Assembly (NCBI GenBank): GCA_038735675.1
Contig: JAVYNJ010000001.1
Coordinates: 1-32,000, forward strand
Reading direction: 5' to 3'
DNA length: 32,000 nucleotides
From: Nanopusillaceae archaeon
GTDB taxonomy: Archaea > Nanobdellota > Nanobdellia > Nanobdellales > Nanobdellaceae
In this document: positions 1 to 7,976 of the stretch, piece by piece
Position numbering within the stretch: position 1 is the first letter of the stretch
How the letters are laid out: each line of letters opens with the position of its first letter
The notes under the pieces: model-generated
Told to the model about the DNA's origin: nothing
Database searches by the model: none
What the model saw: only the letters and a program-made list of their open reading frames with translations
Program-made: the position numbers and the translations under genes

Positions 1-636
1 ATAGAAACCTGTCTTTATGATGAATATTATTATTTATCGGATTACTTAGATGAAAGTTGGGCAGAAATATGTTTTTATTCGAAAGAAACAACTTCCGAAA
101 CTGTACATATATTAAATAAGTTTCCTAAAGCAATTTTATCTCCTTTCTATGGAAATATATCTTATGTAAATAGCATGGCTTTGTTAATAAAAGAGCATTA
201 TGAAAAAGAGAGCGATAGTCGTTATCTTTGGCCTACTGATGAGCTACCTCGATATAAACTAGAAATAATATGGAAATATGTACCAACTAAATGTGCTTTA
301 GGATATCAATATATAGAAGGTCCATATATATATTTTAATAAAACGGAATGTGAATACAAAAGAAATGAACTAATACAACAATATGGAAGAGGAAGAAATC
401 CATATATCTTTGTTAGTGATTGTGAAGAAATTGTAGAAATAGTTCCTCCCCCATCTCCCTGGTATCCTCTTATGTCTAATAATCAAAAACTTTTTACAAC
501 AAATAAAAGTTATGATTATTTTACTTATTATCGTTTATATGTAGGAAAACGTGTTAAAGTAATTAATAAAGAAAATTATATGATTTGTGGATATAAAGAG
601 CTAAATCCCTTATACTTTGGAGTTTATACTATTTGA
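1..636 (+). CDS. Hypothetical protein, probably 5'-truncated by the window edge
   Basis: Reading frame +1 is open from base 1 with no stop before the listed ATG at 175, so the gene may begin left of the window. The product is Tyr/Trp/Cys-rich (..PPPSPWYPLM.., ..YDYFTYYRLY..) and carries no motif I recognise. It ends with TGA at 634-636 and overlaps the convergent Taw3 gene by 8 nt. Confidence 0.5.
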   Translation: METCLYDEYYYLSDYLDESWAEICFYSKETTSETVHILNKFPKAILSPFYGNISYVNSMALLIKEHYEKESDSRYLWPTDELPRYKLEIIWKYVPTKCALGYQYIEGPYIYFNKTECEYKRNELIQQYGRGRNPYIFVSDCEEIVEIVPPPSPWYPLMSNNQKLFTTNKSYDYFTYYRLYVGKRVKVINKENYMICGYKELNPLYFGVYTI

Positions 637-1216
637 AAAAATTTTTTAAAAAAATATAAAATTTTCCCATATAAATCCTATTTCTAAGTAGCTTTTTGTT
701 CGCTTCATCAATTAAGTTTTTTAAATAGTCTTCGGAAACAATAATATTATTGTTCTTTGATAAAATAGTTTCAATTTTTTCATTTCCAACTATTTCTATC
801 ATAATTCTATTCTTTTTTAAAGAAATTATTCCTGAATGTTTTAAACCTATTCTTGAAGATATTGATAAAATTTTATAGGCGCTTTTAAGATTTTTGCAAG
901 CTATATGTAATATAAATGGTTCCTGTTTGAACCAAATACTATTAAAATTTTTGTAATTTTCTTTTAAAATATTCCATATTTCTTCAAACTTTACAATTTT
1001 ATGTGATTTAAATATGAAAACATCTTTTTGTTTTTTTAAATTATCTGGTACTTTTATTAATACAATTCTTCCCGCACAAGAAGAAGTTGTAAAATAATTA
1101 TTATGAGAATTTATCAAATTAATAATATGAAGTATTTCCTTATCTACTTTATTGGATTTTATATGATTTTCTAACTTCTTCATGTATAATTCTTTTAATG
1201 TATTAAAATCTAACAT
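629..1216 (-). CDS. taw3: tRNA wyosine-derivative methyltransferase Taw3 (TYW3 family)
   Basis: The 195-aa product carries the TYW3/Taw3 family signature (..NYFTTSSCAGRIVLI..). Its size and N-terminal layout match archaeal Taw3. Confidence 0.72.
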   Translation of the reverse strand: MLDFNTLKELYMKKLENHIKSNKVDKEILHIINLINSHNNYFTTSSCAGRIVLIKVPDNLKKQKDVFIFKSHKIVKFEEIWNILKENYKNFNSIWFKQEPFILHIACKNLKSAYKILSISSRIGLKHSGIISLKKNRIMIEIVGNEKIETILSKNNNIIVSEDYLKNLIDEANKKLLRNRIYMGKFYIFLKNFFK

Positions 1217-1221
1217 ATTAA

Positions 1222-1686
1222 ATGAACAAAAAAGAAAAAGTTATAATAAATTTGCTATTTTTCATATTTACGGTTCCTATAATTATATTAATTATTTATG
1301 GATATAATCATGTTAAGCAAATAGTTCAAAAAAATCCGATGAATCCTTTAGGTTTAGAAATAATCGATTGTAAGATAGAAGAGACTGATATAACCTTTAT
1401 AATAAATAATCCAAATAATTTATCGTATTCTATTGTTTTTACTAATTTAAGAATCAGAGGAGATTATGCATCTCCAGCAATAGTTACTAATGGTGGATTT
1501 ATAAACAAAATAATAAGTTTTCAAGCTTTTTCTACTGTATCATTACGTTTTCCGATTTCTAAATCAGATATAGCAATTTTAAATATAATTAGAACTTGGA
1601 AAAAATTGGGGGGAAAGATTACTATATCATTAGATTATGAAATAATACCTACGGGTGGTAGCGGAGTGATAATATGTAAAAAATAA
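1222..1686 (+). CDS. Hypothetical membrane-anchored protein (N-terminal TM helix plus beta-rich domain)
   Basis: The N-terminus MNKKEKVIINLLFFIFTVPIIILIIYGY is a signal anchor. The remainder alternates hydrophobic and polar residues and is vaguely LEA-2/NDR1-like. No confident family assignment. Confidence 0.5.
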   Translation: MNKKEKVIINLLFFIFTVPIIILIIYGYNHVKQIVQKNPMNPLGLEIIDCKIEETDITFIINNPNNLSYSIVFTNLRIRGDYASPAIVTNGGFINKIISFQAFSTVSLRFPISKSDIAILNIIRTWKKLGGKITISLDYEIIPTGGSGVIICKK

Positions 1687-1692
1687 AAAAGG

Positions 1693-2877
1693 CTAAATTC
1701 TATCTAGATCTTTTATAGTATATATCTTTATTTTCGGATGTTTCTTTACTACACTATCTAAACATAATACATATTTAACATTAGTTTTAGATAAAGTTTC
1801 TATAAATTCTCTTGATAATATTCCATCAATTACTAAATAGGAAGCATTTGGATATTTTTCTGCGATTTCCGATAATTTTTGAATGGGGATTTTATTTAGT
1901 ATATTATAATTTTCATCTAATATTGCTGCTTGTTCTGTTTTAAATATTCCTTCCATTATTTGCTTTAATTTTTCTACAATAGAATCTTTTATTCTTTTTT
2001 GTTCTCTTAAAGTTCTTATATCTTCTAAACCACCTTCTAATCTTTCATAATATTGTCTTATTTGATCAAAAGGTATTTTATTTTTCAGAGCCTTAAGTAT
2101 TTCTTTTCTTGATAGCTCTTCTACTTCTACTCCGGGATCTACCTTAGCTACAAAGTCAATTTCAACATTATTTAACATTAATTCTTTTATAAGTAAGTCT
2201 CCTGCTCTATCTCCATCAAATAAGGCAGTTATTATTTTTTTCTTAGATAATTCAATTATTGTTTTTGGAACATTTAGTCCATTTAGTGCTATTACATTGG
2301 TTATTCCATATTTTAATAAATTTAATACATCTGCTCTTCCCTCTACTATAATTATCTCTTCGGATTTATCTATGTCCGGACCAGAAGGTAATTTTTCTGG
2401 ACCATATTCTATTAAAGATCTCATTTTTTGGGAATATTCTAGATACAATAATAACTCCTTTGTATCTGGGAATTCTTCAATAATTAGCTTGTTTAAAAGT
2501 TCTTTAGATCTGTTTAATATATATTGAACTTTTACTTTTCTTATATTTTCTATTCTATCTATTTTAACACTAGCGTAAGCCGGACCAATTCTATTTATAG
2601 TTTCTAAAGCTGCGGCTATTAAAGATGTTTCAAATCTATTTAAACTTGTTGGAATTATTATTTCTCCATAAGTTTTATTTCCTTCTGCTCTTAAATTAAC
2701 TTCTATTCTACCAATTTTTCCAGATCTTTGCAATTCTCTAAGATCTAATTCTGGTCCTAATAAACCCTCAGTTTGTCCAAATATAGCTCCAACTACGTCT
2801 GATTTTTCTACTACTCCTTCAATATATACATTAGCATATATCAAATATTTTATGTAGGGGGGAGATACTTTCGCCAT
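1693..2877 (-). CDS. dnaG: Archaeal DnaG-type primase / exosome-associated Toprim protein
   Basis: The N-terminus (..YIEGVVEKSDVVGAIFGQTEGLLGPELDLRELQRSGKIGRIEV..) is the highly conserved archaeal DnaG block. The central Toprim region has IIVEGRADV and ..FDGDRAGD... Confidence 0.93.
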   Translation of the reverse strand: MAKVSPPYIKYLIYANVYIEGVVEKSDVVGAIFGQTEGLLGPELDLRELQRSGKIGRIEVNLRAEGNKTYGEIIIPTSLNRFETSLIAAALETINRIGPAYASVKIDRIENIRKVKVQYILNRSKELLNKLIIEEFPDTKELLLYLEYSQKMRSLIEYGPEKLPSGPDIDKSEEIIIVEGRADVLNLLKYGITNVIALNGLNVPKTIIELSKKKIITALFDGDRAGDLLIKELMLNNVEIDFVAKVDPGVEVEELSRKEILKALKNKIPFDQIRQYYERLEGGLEDIRTLREQKRIKDSIVEKLKQIMEGIFKTEQAAILDENYNILNKIPIQKLSEIAEKYPNASYLVIDGILSREFIETLSKTNVKYVLCLDSVVKKHPKIKIYTIKDLDRI

Positions 2878-2952
2878 TTATCTTTTTTGTTAGTAAGGTT
2901 TTAATTTGATCTCAATATACATAAAAGATACAAGATATATTATACTATAGTT

Positions 2953-4071
2953 ATGGGGGAAAAAATAACTTTTAGTGTAATAAAGGCGGATATTGGTGGT
3001 TTTGTTGGACATCATTCCGTTCATCCAGCAACTGAAGAAGCAGCAGAGGAGGTTCTAGAAGAAGCATTAGACGAGTTAATAATAGATTATTCAATATCTA
3101 AGGTAGGAGATGATTTAATTTTGATTATGACGCATAATAGAGGAGATGATAACCCGGATATTCATGGATTAGCCTGGAAAGCATTTCAAAATGCTGCTAA
3201 AGTTGCTAAGGAATTGGGTCTTTATGGAGCAGGTCAAGATTTATTATCAGAAGCATTTTCTGGTAATGTAAGGGGATTAGGTCCTGGGGTTGCTGAAATG
3301 ACAATAATTGAGAGACCATCGGAACCAATAATAGTATTTGCTGCAGATAAAACTGAAGCTGGAGCATGGAATCTACCACTATTTAAAATGTTTGCAGATC
3401 CTTTTAATACAGCAGGACTAGTAATAGATCCTACAATGCATAACGGATTTAGATTTGAGGTTTGGGATTTAGTAGAACATAAAAAAGTAATTATGAATCT
3501 TCCAGAAGAGATGTACGATTTGCTAGCACTAATTGGTTCTCCGGGAAGGTTTGCAATAAAAAGAGTTTATCCAAAATCTGGAAGTCCAATAAATGAAAAT
3601 GAACCAGTAGCGGTAGCTTCTACTGAAAAATTATTTGAAGTTGCTGGTAGATATGTGGGAAAAGATGATCCAGTTATGATAGTAAGAGCACAACACGGAT
3701 TACCTGCTGTTGGAGAAATATTAGAAGCTTTTGCATTTCCACATTTAGTAGCAGGATGGATGAGAGGATCACATTGGGGACCATTAATGCCTGTTTCTGT
3801 GAAAGATGCTCATCCAACAAGATTTGATGGACCACCAAGAGTAATTGCATTGGGATTTCAACTTAAAAATGGAAATCTTATTGGACCAGAAGATATGTTT
3901 GATGATCCAGCATTTGATTATTCTAGAAATCTAGCAAATATTGTATCGGATTATTTGAGAAGACATGGACCCTTTGAACCACATAGAGTTTCTTTCGAAG
4001 AGCTAGAATATACTACTATGCCAAAGGTTTTAGAGAAACTGAAAAATAGATTTGAGGAGTTAGAAAAATAA
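2953..4071 (+). CDS. fbp: Bifunctional fructose-1,6-bisphosphate aldolase/phosphatase (class V FBPase)
   Basis: The N-terminal block (..TFSVIKADIGGFVGHHSVHP..) and the ~370-aa length are typical of the archaeal/deep-bacterial FBP aldolase/phosphatase family. Confidence 0.92.
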   Translation: MGEKITFSVIKADIGGFVGHHSVHPATEEAAEEVLEEALDELIIDYSISKVGDDLILIMTHNRGDDNPDIHGLAWKAFQNAAKVAKELGLYGAGQDLLSEAFSGNVRGLGPGVAEMTIIERPSEPIIVFAADKTEAGAWNLPLFKMFADPFNTAGLVIDPTMHNGFRFEVWDLVEHKKVIMNLPEEMYDLLALIGSPGRFAIKRVYPKSGSPINENEPVAVASTEKLFEVAGRYVGKDDPVMIVRAQHGLPAVGEILEAFAFPHLVAGWMRGSHWGPLMPVSVKDAHPTRFDGPPRVIALGFQLKNGNLIGPEDMFDDPAFDYSRNLANIVSDYLRRHGPFEPHRVSFEELEYTTMPKVLEKLKNRFEELEK

Positions 4072-4097
4072 TTTTTATTCCATCCTTTTATTTTTTT
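4072..4097 (+). terminator. Candidate oligo-T transcription terminator after fbp
   Basis: T5 at 4072-4076 and T7 at 4091-4097 lie directly after the TAA stop. Archaeal RNAP terminates at oligo-T tracts. The AT-rich background lowers specificity. Confidence 0.3.
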
Positions 4098-4158
4098 ACT
4101 ATAAAAATTTTATGTTATTTTTTGAGTAAAACCTATCATAGATTTGATAAAAATTAAC

Positions 4159-4166
4159 TTTTAAAT
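4159..4166 (+). promoter_or_regulatory. TATA-like box (TTTTAAAT) upstream of rpl12
   Basis: The box is centred 27.5 nt upstream of the ATG at 4190 and 33.5 nt upstream of the conserved MEYVYA start at 4196. Confidence 0.35.
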
Positions 4167-4189
4167 CTTTCTTTTGTTGTAAATTATAA

Positions 4190-4498
4190 ATGGGGATGGA
4201 ATATGTTTACGCAGTATTATTACTACATGAAGCAAAAAAAGAAATAAATGAAGAAAATATTAAAAAGGTATTAGCTAGTGCTGGAGTAGATGTAAATGAA
4301 GCAATGGTGAAGGCTGTATTAGCAGCAATTGAAGGCATAGATATAGAAAAGATAAAAGAAGAGGCTATAGCAATTCCAGCAGCACCTGTAGCGGTACAAG
4401 CGACGGCTACAGCTCAGGAACCTAAGAAGGAAGAAAAGAAAGAGGAAAAGAAAGAGGAGCAAGCGATAGAGGGATTATCTTCACTTTTCGGATTCTAA
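4190..4498 (+). CDS. rpl12: Ribosomal stalk protein P1 (L12e)
   Basis: The N-terminus [13 protein letters not shown].., the Ala/Pro hinge, the [12 protein letters not shown] acidic-basic tract and the C-terminal ..GLSSLFGF are all typical of archaeal P1/L12e. The true start may be the second ATG at 4196. Confidence 0.9.
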   Translation: MGMEYVYAVLLLHEAKKEINEENIKKVLASAGVDVNEAMVKAVLAAIEGIDIEKIKEEAIAIPAAPVAVQATATAQEPKKEEKKEEKKEEQAIEGLSSLFGF

Positions 4499-4500
4499 AA

Positions 4501-4508
4501 TTTATAAA
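4501..4508 (+). promoter_or_regulatory. Canonical TATA box (TTTATAAA) for the coiled-coil gene
   Basis: The box is centred 27.5 nt upstream of the GTG at 4532. That GTG is the only plausible start after the in-frame stop at 4505-4507. Confidence 0.4.
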
Positions 4509-4531
4509 TATCAAAATATATTTTTTTAGAA

Positions 4532-5392
4532 GTGACAGAGTTATCAAAAATATATAGGAATATTATAACAACAAAAACAGAACTTTCAAAATTAGGTGAA
4601 GAAAAGAGAGAAATATATGAAAAAAAGAAGAAATTATACTTAGAGATAAAAAGTTTGTTTGAAAAGTTAAAGGAATTAAGAAACAAGAGACAAGAATATA
4701 CTAGCAATATAGATAAATTAATGGAAGAAAGAGCAAAAACTTTAGAAGCTATAGAGAATATAAAAAAAGATTTATCCTCTCATGATCAAAAAATAAAGGA
4801 AATAGAAAAAAAGAAGGATCTAATAAACAACATAAACAAATATATTAAGGAATTAGAAACTTTAGAATACTATTTGCAGACGGAAATACTTAGTTATCAA
4901 CAAGAAAAGAAAATATGGTATCGAATAAAATATTTAAGAAAATTATTAGGAAAATACGAAGAATTATCTATCTTCCTAAAAGAAATTGATGAAAAGAAAA
5001 AGGAGTTGTCTGCTTTAAGATCCAAGCTAATTATAATTGGAACTAATATAAAAAAGAATATCGAAGAAAGAAAAAAGATTAAAGAGCAAATTAAAAACAT
5101 TAAAGAAGAATTAAAAAAGAAAATAGAAGAATATAATGCCGCAAAATCTAGAATAAAGGAAATTAAAGAAAAAATATTGAATTTAGAAAAGAATCTAGAA
5201 GATCTTTTGAGTAAGTATGTTTCTAATGCTTCGAAATCCGATGAATTTAAGATTGAAAATATTGATAAAGAAGAAATTATAAAACAATACGATGAAATTC
5301 AAAAGAAAATACTTAATGGAGATGAAATAACTATGGAGGATATATTAATAATGCAAAAGTATGAGATTCTTAAAAAACGAGGCATCATTTGA
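4532..5392 (+). CDS. Lys/Glu-rich coiled-coil protein (archaeal uncharacterised coiled-coil family, COG1340-like)
   Basis: The 286-aa product is almost entirely heptad-like K/E/L/I sequence and starts with GTG. Conserved archaeal coiled-coil proteins of this size exist, but the assignment rests on composition only. Confidence 0.55.
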   Translation: MTELSKIYRNIITTKTELSKLGEEKREIYEKKKKLYLEIKSLFEKLKELRNKRQEYTSNIDKLMEERAKTLEAIENIKKDLSSHDQKIKEIEKKKDLINNINKYIKELETLEYYLQTEILSYQQEKKIWYRIKYLRKLLGKYEELSIFLKEIDEKKKELSALRSKLIIIGTNIKKNIEERKKIKEQIKNIKEELKKKIEEYNAAKSRIKEIKEKILNLEKNLEDLLSKYVSNASKSDEFKIENIDKEEIIKQYDEIQKKILNGDEITMEDILIMQKYEILKKRGII

Positions 5393-7976
5393 AGATTTAA
5401 ATAAATTTTTTCCAGTAAATTCTTTAAGAAGTTTAGGTTATACTAGAAGAAAATGTAAAATTTGTGGAAAGTATTTTTGGTCTAAAGAAGAAAGAGATAT
5501 TTGTGGAGATCATGAGCCTTATTCTTTTATAGGAAAAGAAATTTCTAAAAGAAAAACCTACTATGAAATTTTAGAAGACCTATCCTCGCATTTTGAAAAA
5601 AAGGGATACAAATCCATAAATAGATATCCGGTAATTGCTAGATGGAGAGATGATTTAGATTTTGTTATTGCATCGATAACGGTATTTCAACCATGGGTAA
5701 CCGATGGAATAATAGAACCGCCCTCAAAAAAATTGTTCATACCTCAATTTTGCCTAAGATTTAATGATGTAGAAAATGTTGGATTGACTGGTAGACATTA
5801 TACCGGATTCGTAATGTTAGGCCAGCATGCTTTTGTAATTCCTGAAGAATATAATATAGATCAATACTTCATAGATTTATATGAATGGTTTGAGAAAAAT
5901 AAATTTCCCGTTGAAAAGTTTGTATTTCATGAAGATACTTGGTCTGGTGGTGGAAATGCAGGAACTTGTTTAGAATTCTTTTATGCTGGATTAGAAATGG
6001 CAAATCAAGTATATATGCAATATAAAATCCTTAATAATGAGTGGATAGAGCTTAAAAATCTGAAGATTTTGGATGTTGGAATTGGTCATGAGAGATTAGC
6101 TTGGATTATGGGTAGAAGTATAACTTCTTACGATGCAGTTTTTCCTCATACCGTTTCATTATTAAAAGAAAATTTGAAAATAGATTTAGATGAAGACCTT
6201 ATGTCAAAAGTTTTTTCTTTAGCAGCAAATTTTGATTTTTCTGAAAAAAATTTAGAAGCTTTTTCATCATATGTAAAAGAAAAGTTGGGAAGAGATCTTA
6301 TTAATGAAATAAAAGCCTTAAGAGCAGTTTATTCTATAGCAGATCATGTAAGATCACTTTATATTGCTATATCTGACGGTGCTTTGCCTTCTAATATTGG
6401 AGGAAACTATAATTTAAGATTTATCGCTAGAAGAACATTTGGATTTTTAGAAAAATATTTTGAAAACATAGAGATGGAAGAATTATTTAAAGAAATGTCA
6501 AACGATTGGTACGAAAAACATCTTGTAAAGAATATAAAAGAGATAATAGAAATTTTAGAATATGAAAAGAAGAAATATTTAGAAATAAAAAATAAATCTA
6601 AAAAAATATTGGAAAAAATAGAAAATTATGATTCAAAAACGCTTTTTGAACTTTATACATCTTATGGAATCTCTCCGGAAATTGTGAAGGAATATAAAAA
6701 TATTCAAATTCCAGCAGAATTTTATAAATATTTAGAAGAACATAAAAAAAGATCTAAAAAAGAAGAAAAAGAAGAAAGTTTGTTATTTATAAACAAAGAA
6801 TATCCAGAAACTATAAAGGAATTTTATAAAGATTGGAAAAAATATTATGGTGAAGGAAATATATTGGGCTCAGAAAAAAATTTGGTGATATTTGATAGGA
6901 CTGTATTTTATCCTCAAAAAGGAGGACAAAGAAGTGACGAAGGTTGGGTTTTTTTCATTGAAAATTTAAAGAAATTTAATAAAAAAATATTGGAAAATAT
7001 AGATTTTCCAGACTATGTAAAGGATCTAATAAAAGATTATATGGTCGGAACTGATGAGAACATCTCGGAATTCGAAAATGCTTATGCTAAAGTTTTGAAA
7101 TGTTTTGAACAGAATAAAACAATATTTCATTTAATAGATAGAGAAACTAATTATAGAGGAAAAGTGTTGCAAATAATAAATAGAGAAATAAGGTATAGAA
7201 CTGCAAAGCATCATACTGCAGTTCATTTGCTTACAGGAATATTGAGAAAGTTTTATGGTAATCATATCTGGCAAGCTGGAGCAGAGAAAGATGAATTTGA
7301 AGGGAGATTAGATATAACGCATTATGAAATACCTTCTGAGCAAGAAATAAAAAATATTGAACTAGAAATTAATAAGATTATTTTAGAAGGAAGAAAAATA
7401 AATAAATATATCTTAAGAAGAGATGAAGCAGAGAATAAATATGGATTCGTAATATATCAAGGAGGTTTTATACCAGAAATAAATTTAAGAATTGTGGAAG
7501 TAGAAGGTTTAGATGCAGAGGCATGTTCAGGTACACATTTAGATAATACTTCAGAAATTGGCTTTGTAAAAATAATTGGCGTTGAAAAAATTGCAGATGG
7601 TTTAATAAGATTTAGAATAATTGCCGGTGAAAGAGTGATAGAAGAATATAATAAACTTGTTGAAACTATTCGAAATATTGAAAGAAAGTTAGGGTTAAAA
7701 TTAGAAAGTTTAGAATCATATATTGAAAAATTAGATAAAGATAGAAATAAGTATAACAAAATGTTTTATAATCTTTTAGAAGAGTATGTAAACAGTTTGA
7801 TAAAAGATCGTAAATTATATGGAAAAATTAGTGTAGAATCTAATGACATAATGAAGATACTTTTAAAATTCAAAGATAAATTAGATGAGGTAAATTTGGA
7901 AACCAAAGACGCTATAATATCTACTAAAGAGGGAGATAAAAAAATAGATAAGTTTTATATAAAATTTAAGTCTTAA
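5361..7976 (+). CDS. alaS: Alanyl-tRNA synthetase, archaeal type, single polypeptide
   Basis: Three regions support the call. The N-terminal zinc motif is ..RRKCKICGKYFW..CGD... The class II core has ..RWRDDLDFVIASITVFQPWV.., ..RFNDVENVGLTGRHYT.. The editing domain has HxxxH (KHHTAVHLL) and CSGTH. The start overlaps the upstream gene by 32 nt. Confidence 0.95.
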   Translation: MRFLKNEASFEDLNKFFPVNSLRSLGYTRRKCKICGKYFWSKEERDICGDHEPYSFIGKEISKRKTYYEILEDLSSHFEKKGYKSINRYPVIARWRDDLDFVIASITVFQPWVTDGIIEPPSKKLFIPQFCLRFNDVENVGLTGRHYTGFVMLGQHAFVIPEEYNIDQYFIDLYEWFEKNKFPVEKFVFHEDTWSGGGNAGTCLEFFYAGLEMANQVYMQYKILNNEWIELKNLKILDVGIGHERLAWIMGRSITSYDAVFPHTVSLLKENLKIDLDEDLMSKVFSLAANFDFSEKNLEAFSSYVKEKLGRDLINEIKALRAVYSIADHVRSLYIAISDGALPSNIGGNYNLRFIARRTFGFLEKYFENIEMEELFKEMSNDWYEKHLVKNIKEIIEILEYEKKKYLEIKNKSKKILEKIENYDSKTLFELYTSYGISPEIVKEYKNIQIPAEFYKYLEEHKKRSKKEEKEESLLFINKEYPETIKEFYKDWKKYYGEGNILGSEKNLVIFDRTVFYPQKGGQRSDEGWVFFIENLKKFNKKILENIDFPDYVKDLIKDYMVGTDENISEFENAYAKVLKCFEQNKTIFHLIDRETNYRGKVLQIINREIRYRTAKHHTAVHLLTGILRKFYGNHIWQAGAEKDEFEGRLDITHYEIPSEQEIKNIELEINKIILEGRKINKYILRRDEAENKYGFVIYQGGFIPEINLRIVEVEGLDAEACSGTHLDNTSEIGFVKIIGVEKIADGLIRFRIIAGERVIEEYNKLVETIRNIERKLGLKLESLESYIEKLDKDRNKYNKMFYNLLEEYVNSLIKDRKLYGKISVESNDIMKILLKFKDKLDEVNLETKDAIISTKEGDKKIDKFYIKFKS

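Noticed and set aside
2297-2527. A 76-aa ORF antisense to dnaG. Similar antisense ORFs occur at 4495-4707, 4897-5100 and 7457-7759.
   Set aside because: They lie fully inside well-supported genes on the opposite strand. Their products are low-complexity Phe/Ser/Ile/Leu strings, typical of the reverse frames of Lys/Glu/Ile-rich AT-biased genes.
4072-4189. The 118-bp intergenic region (and the 131-bp one at 26600-26730), examined for a C/D box sRNA or other small RNA.
   Set aside because: There is no RUGAUGA/CUGA box pair on either strand and no GC-rich stem. In this genome structured RNAs stand out by GC content, as the tRNAs do. Promoter and terminator elements suffice to explain these regions.
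4426-4470. A short tandem repeat (AAGAAGGAAGAAAAGAAAGAGGAAAAGAAAGAGGAG) that could look like a microsatellite or repeat element.
   Set aside because: It encodes the [12 protein letters not shown] charged hinge that is a normal feature of archaeal P1/L12e stalk proteins.
4532-5392. The coiled-coil protein considered as an SMC/Rad50 fragment or split gene half.
   Set aside because: It has no Walker A/B or signature motif at either end. It is a complete ORF bounded by a stop at 4505-4507 and its own TATA box.
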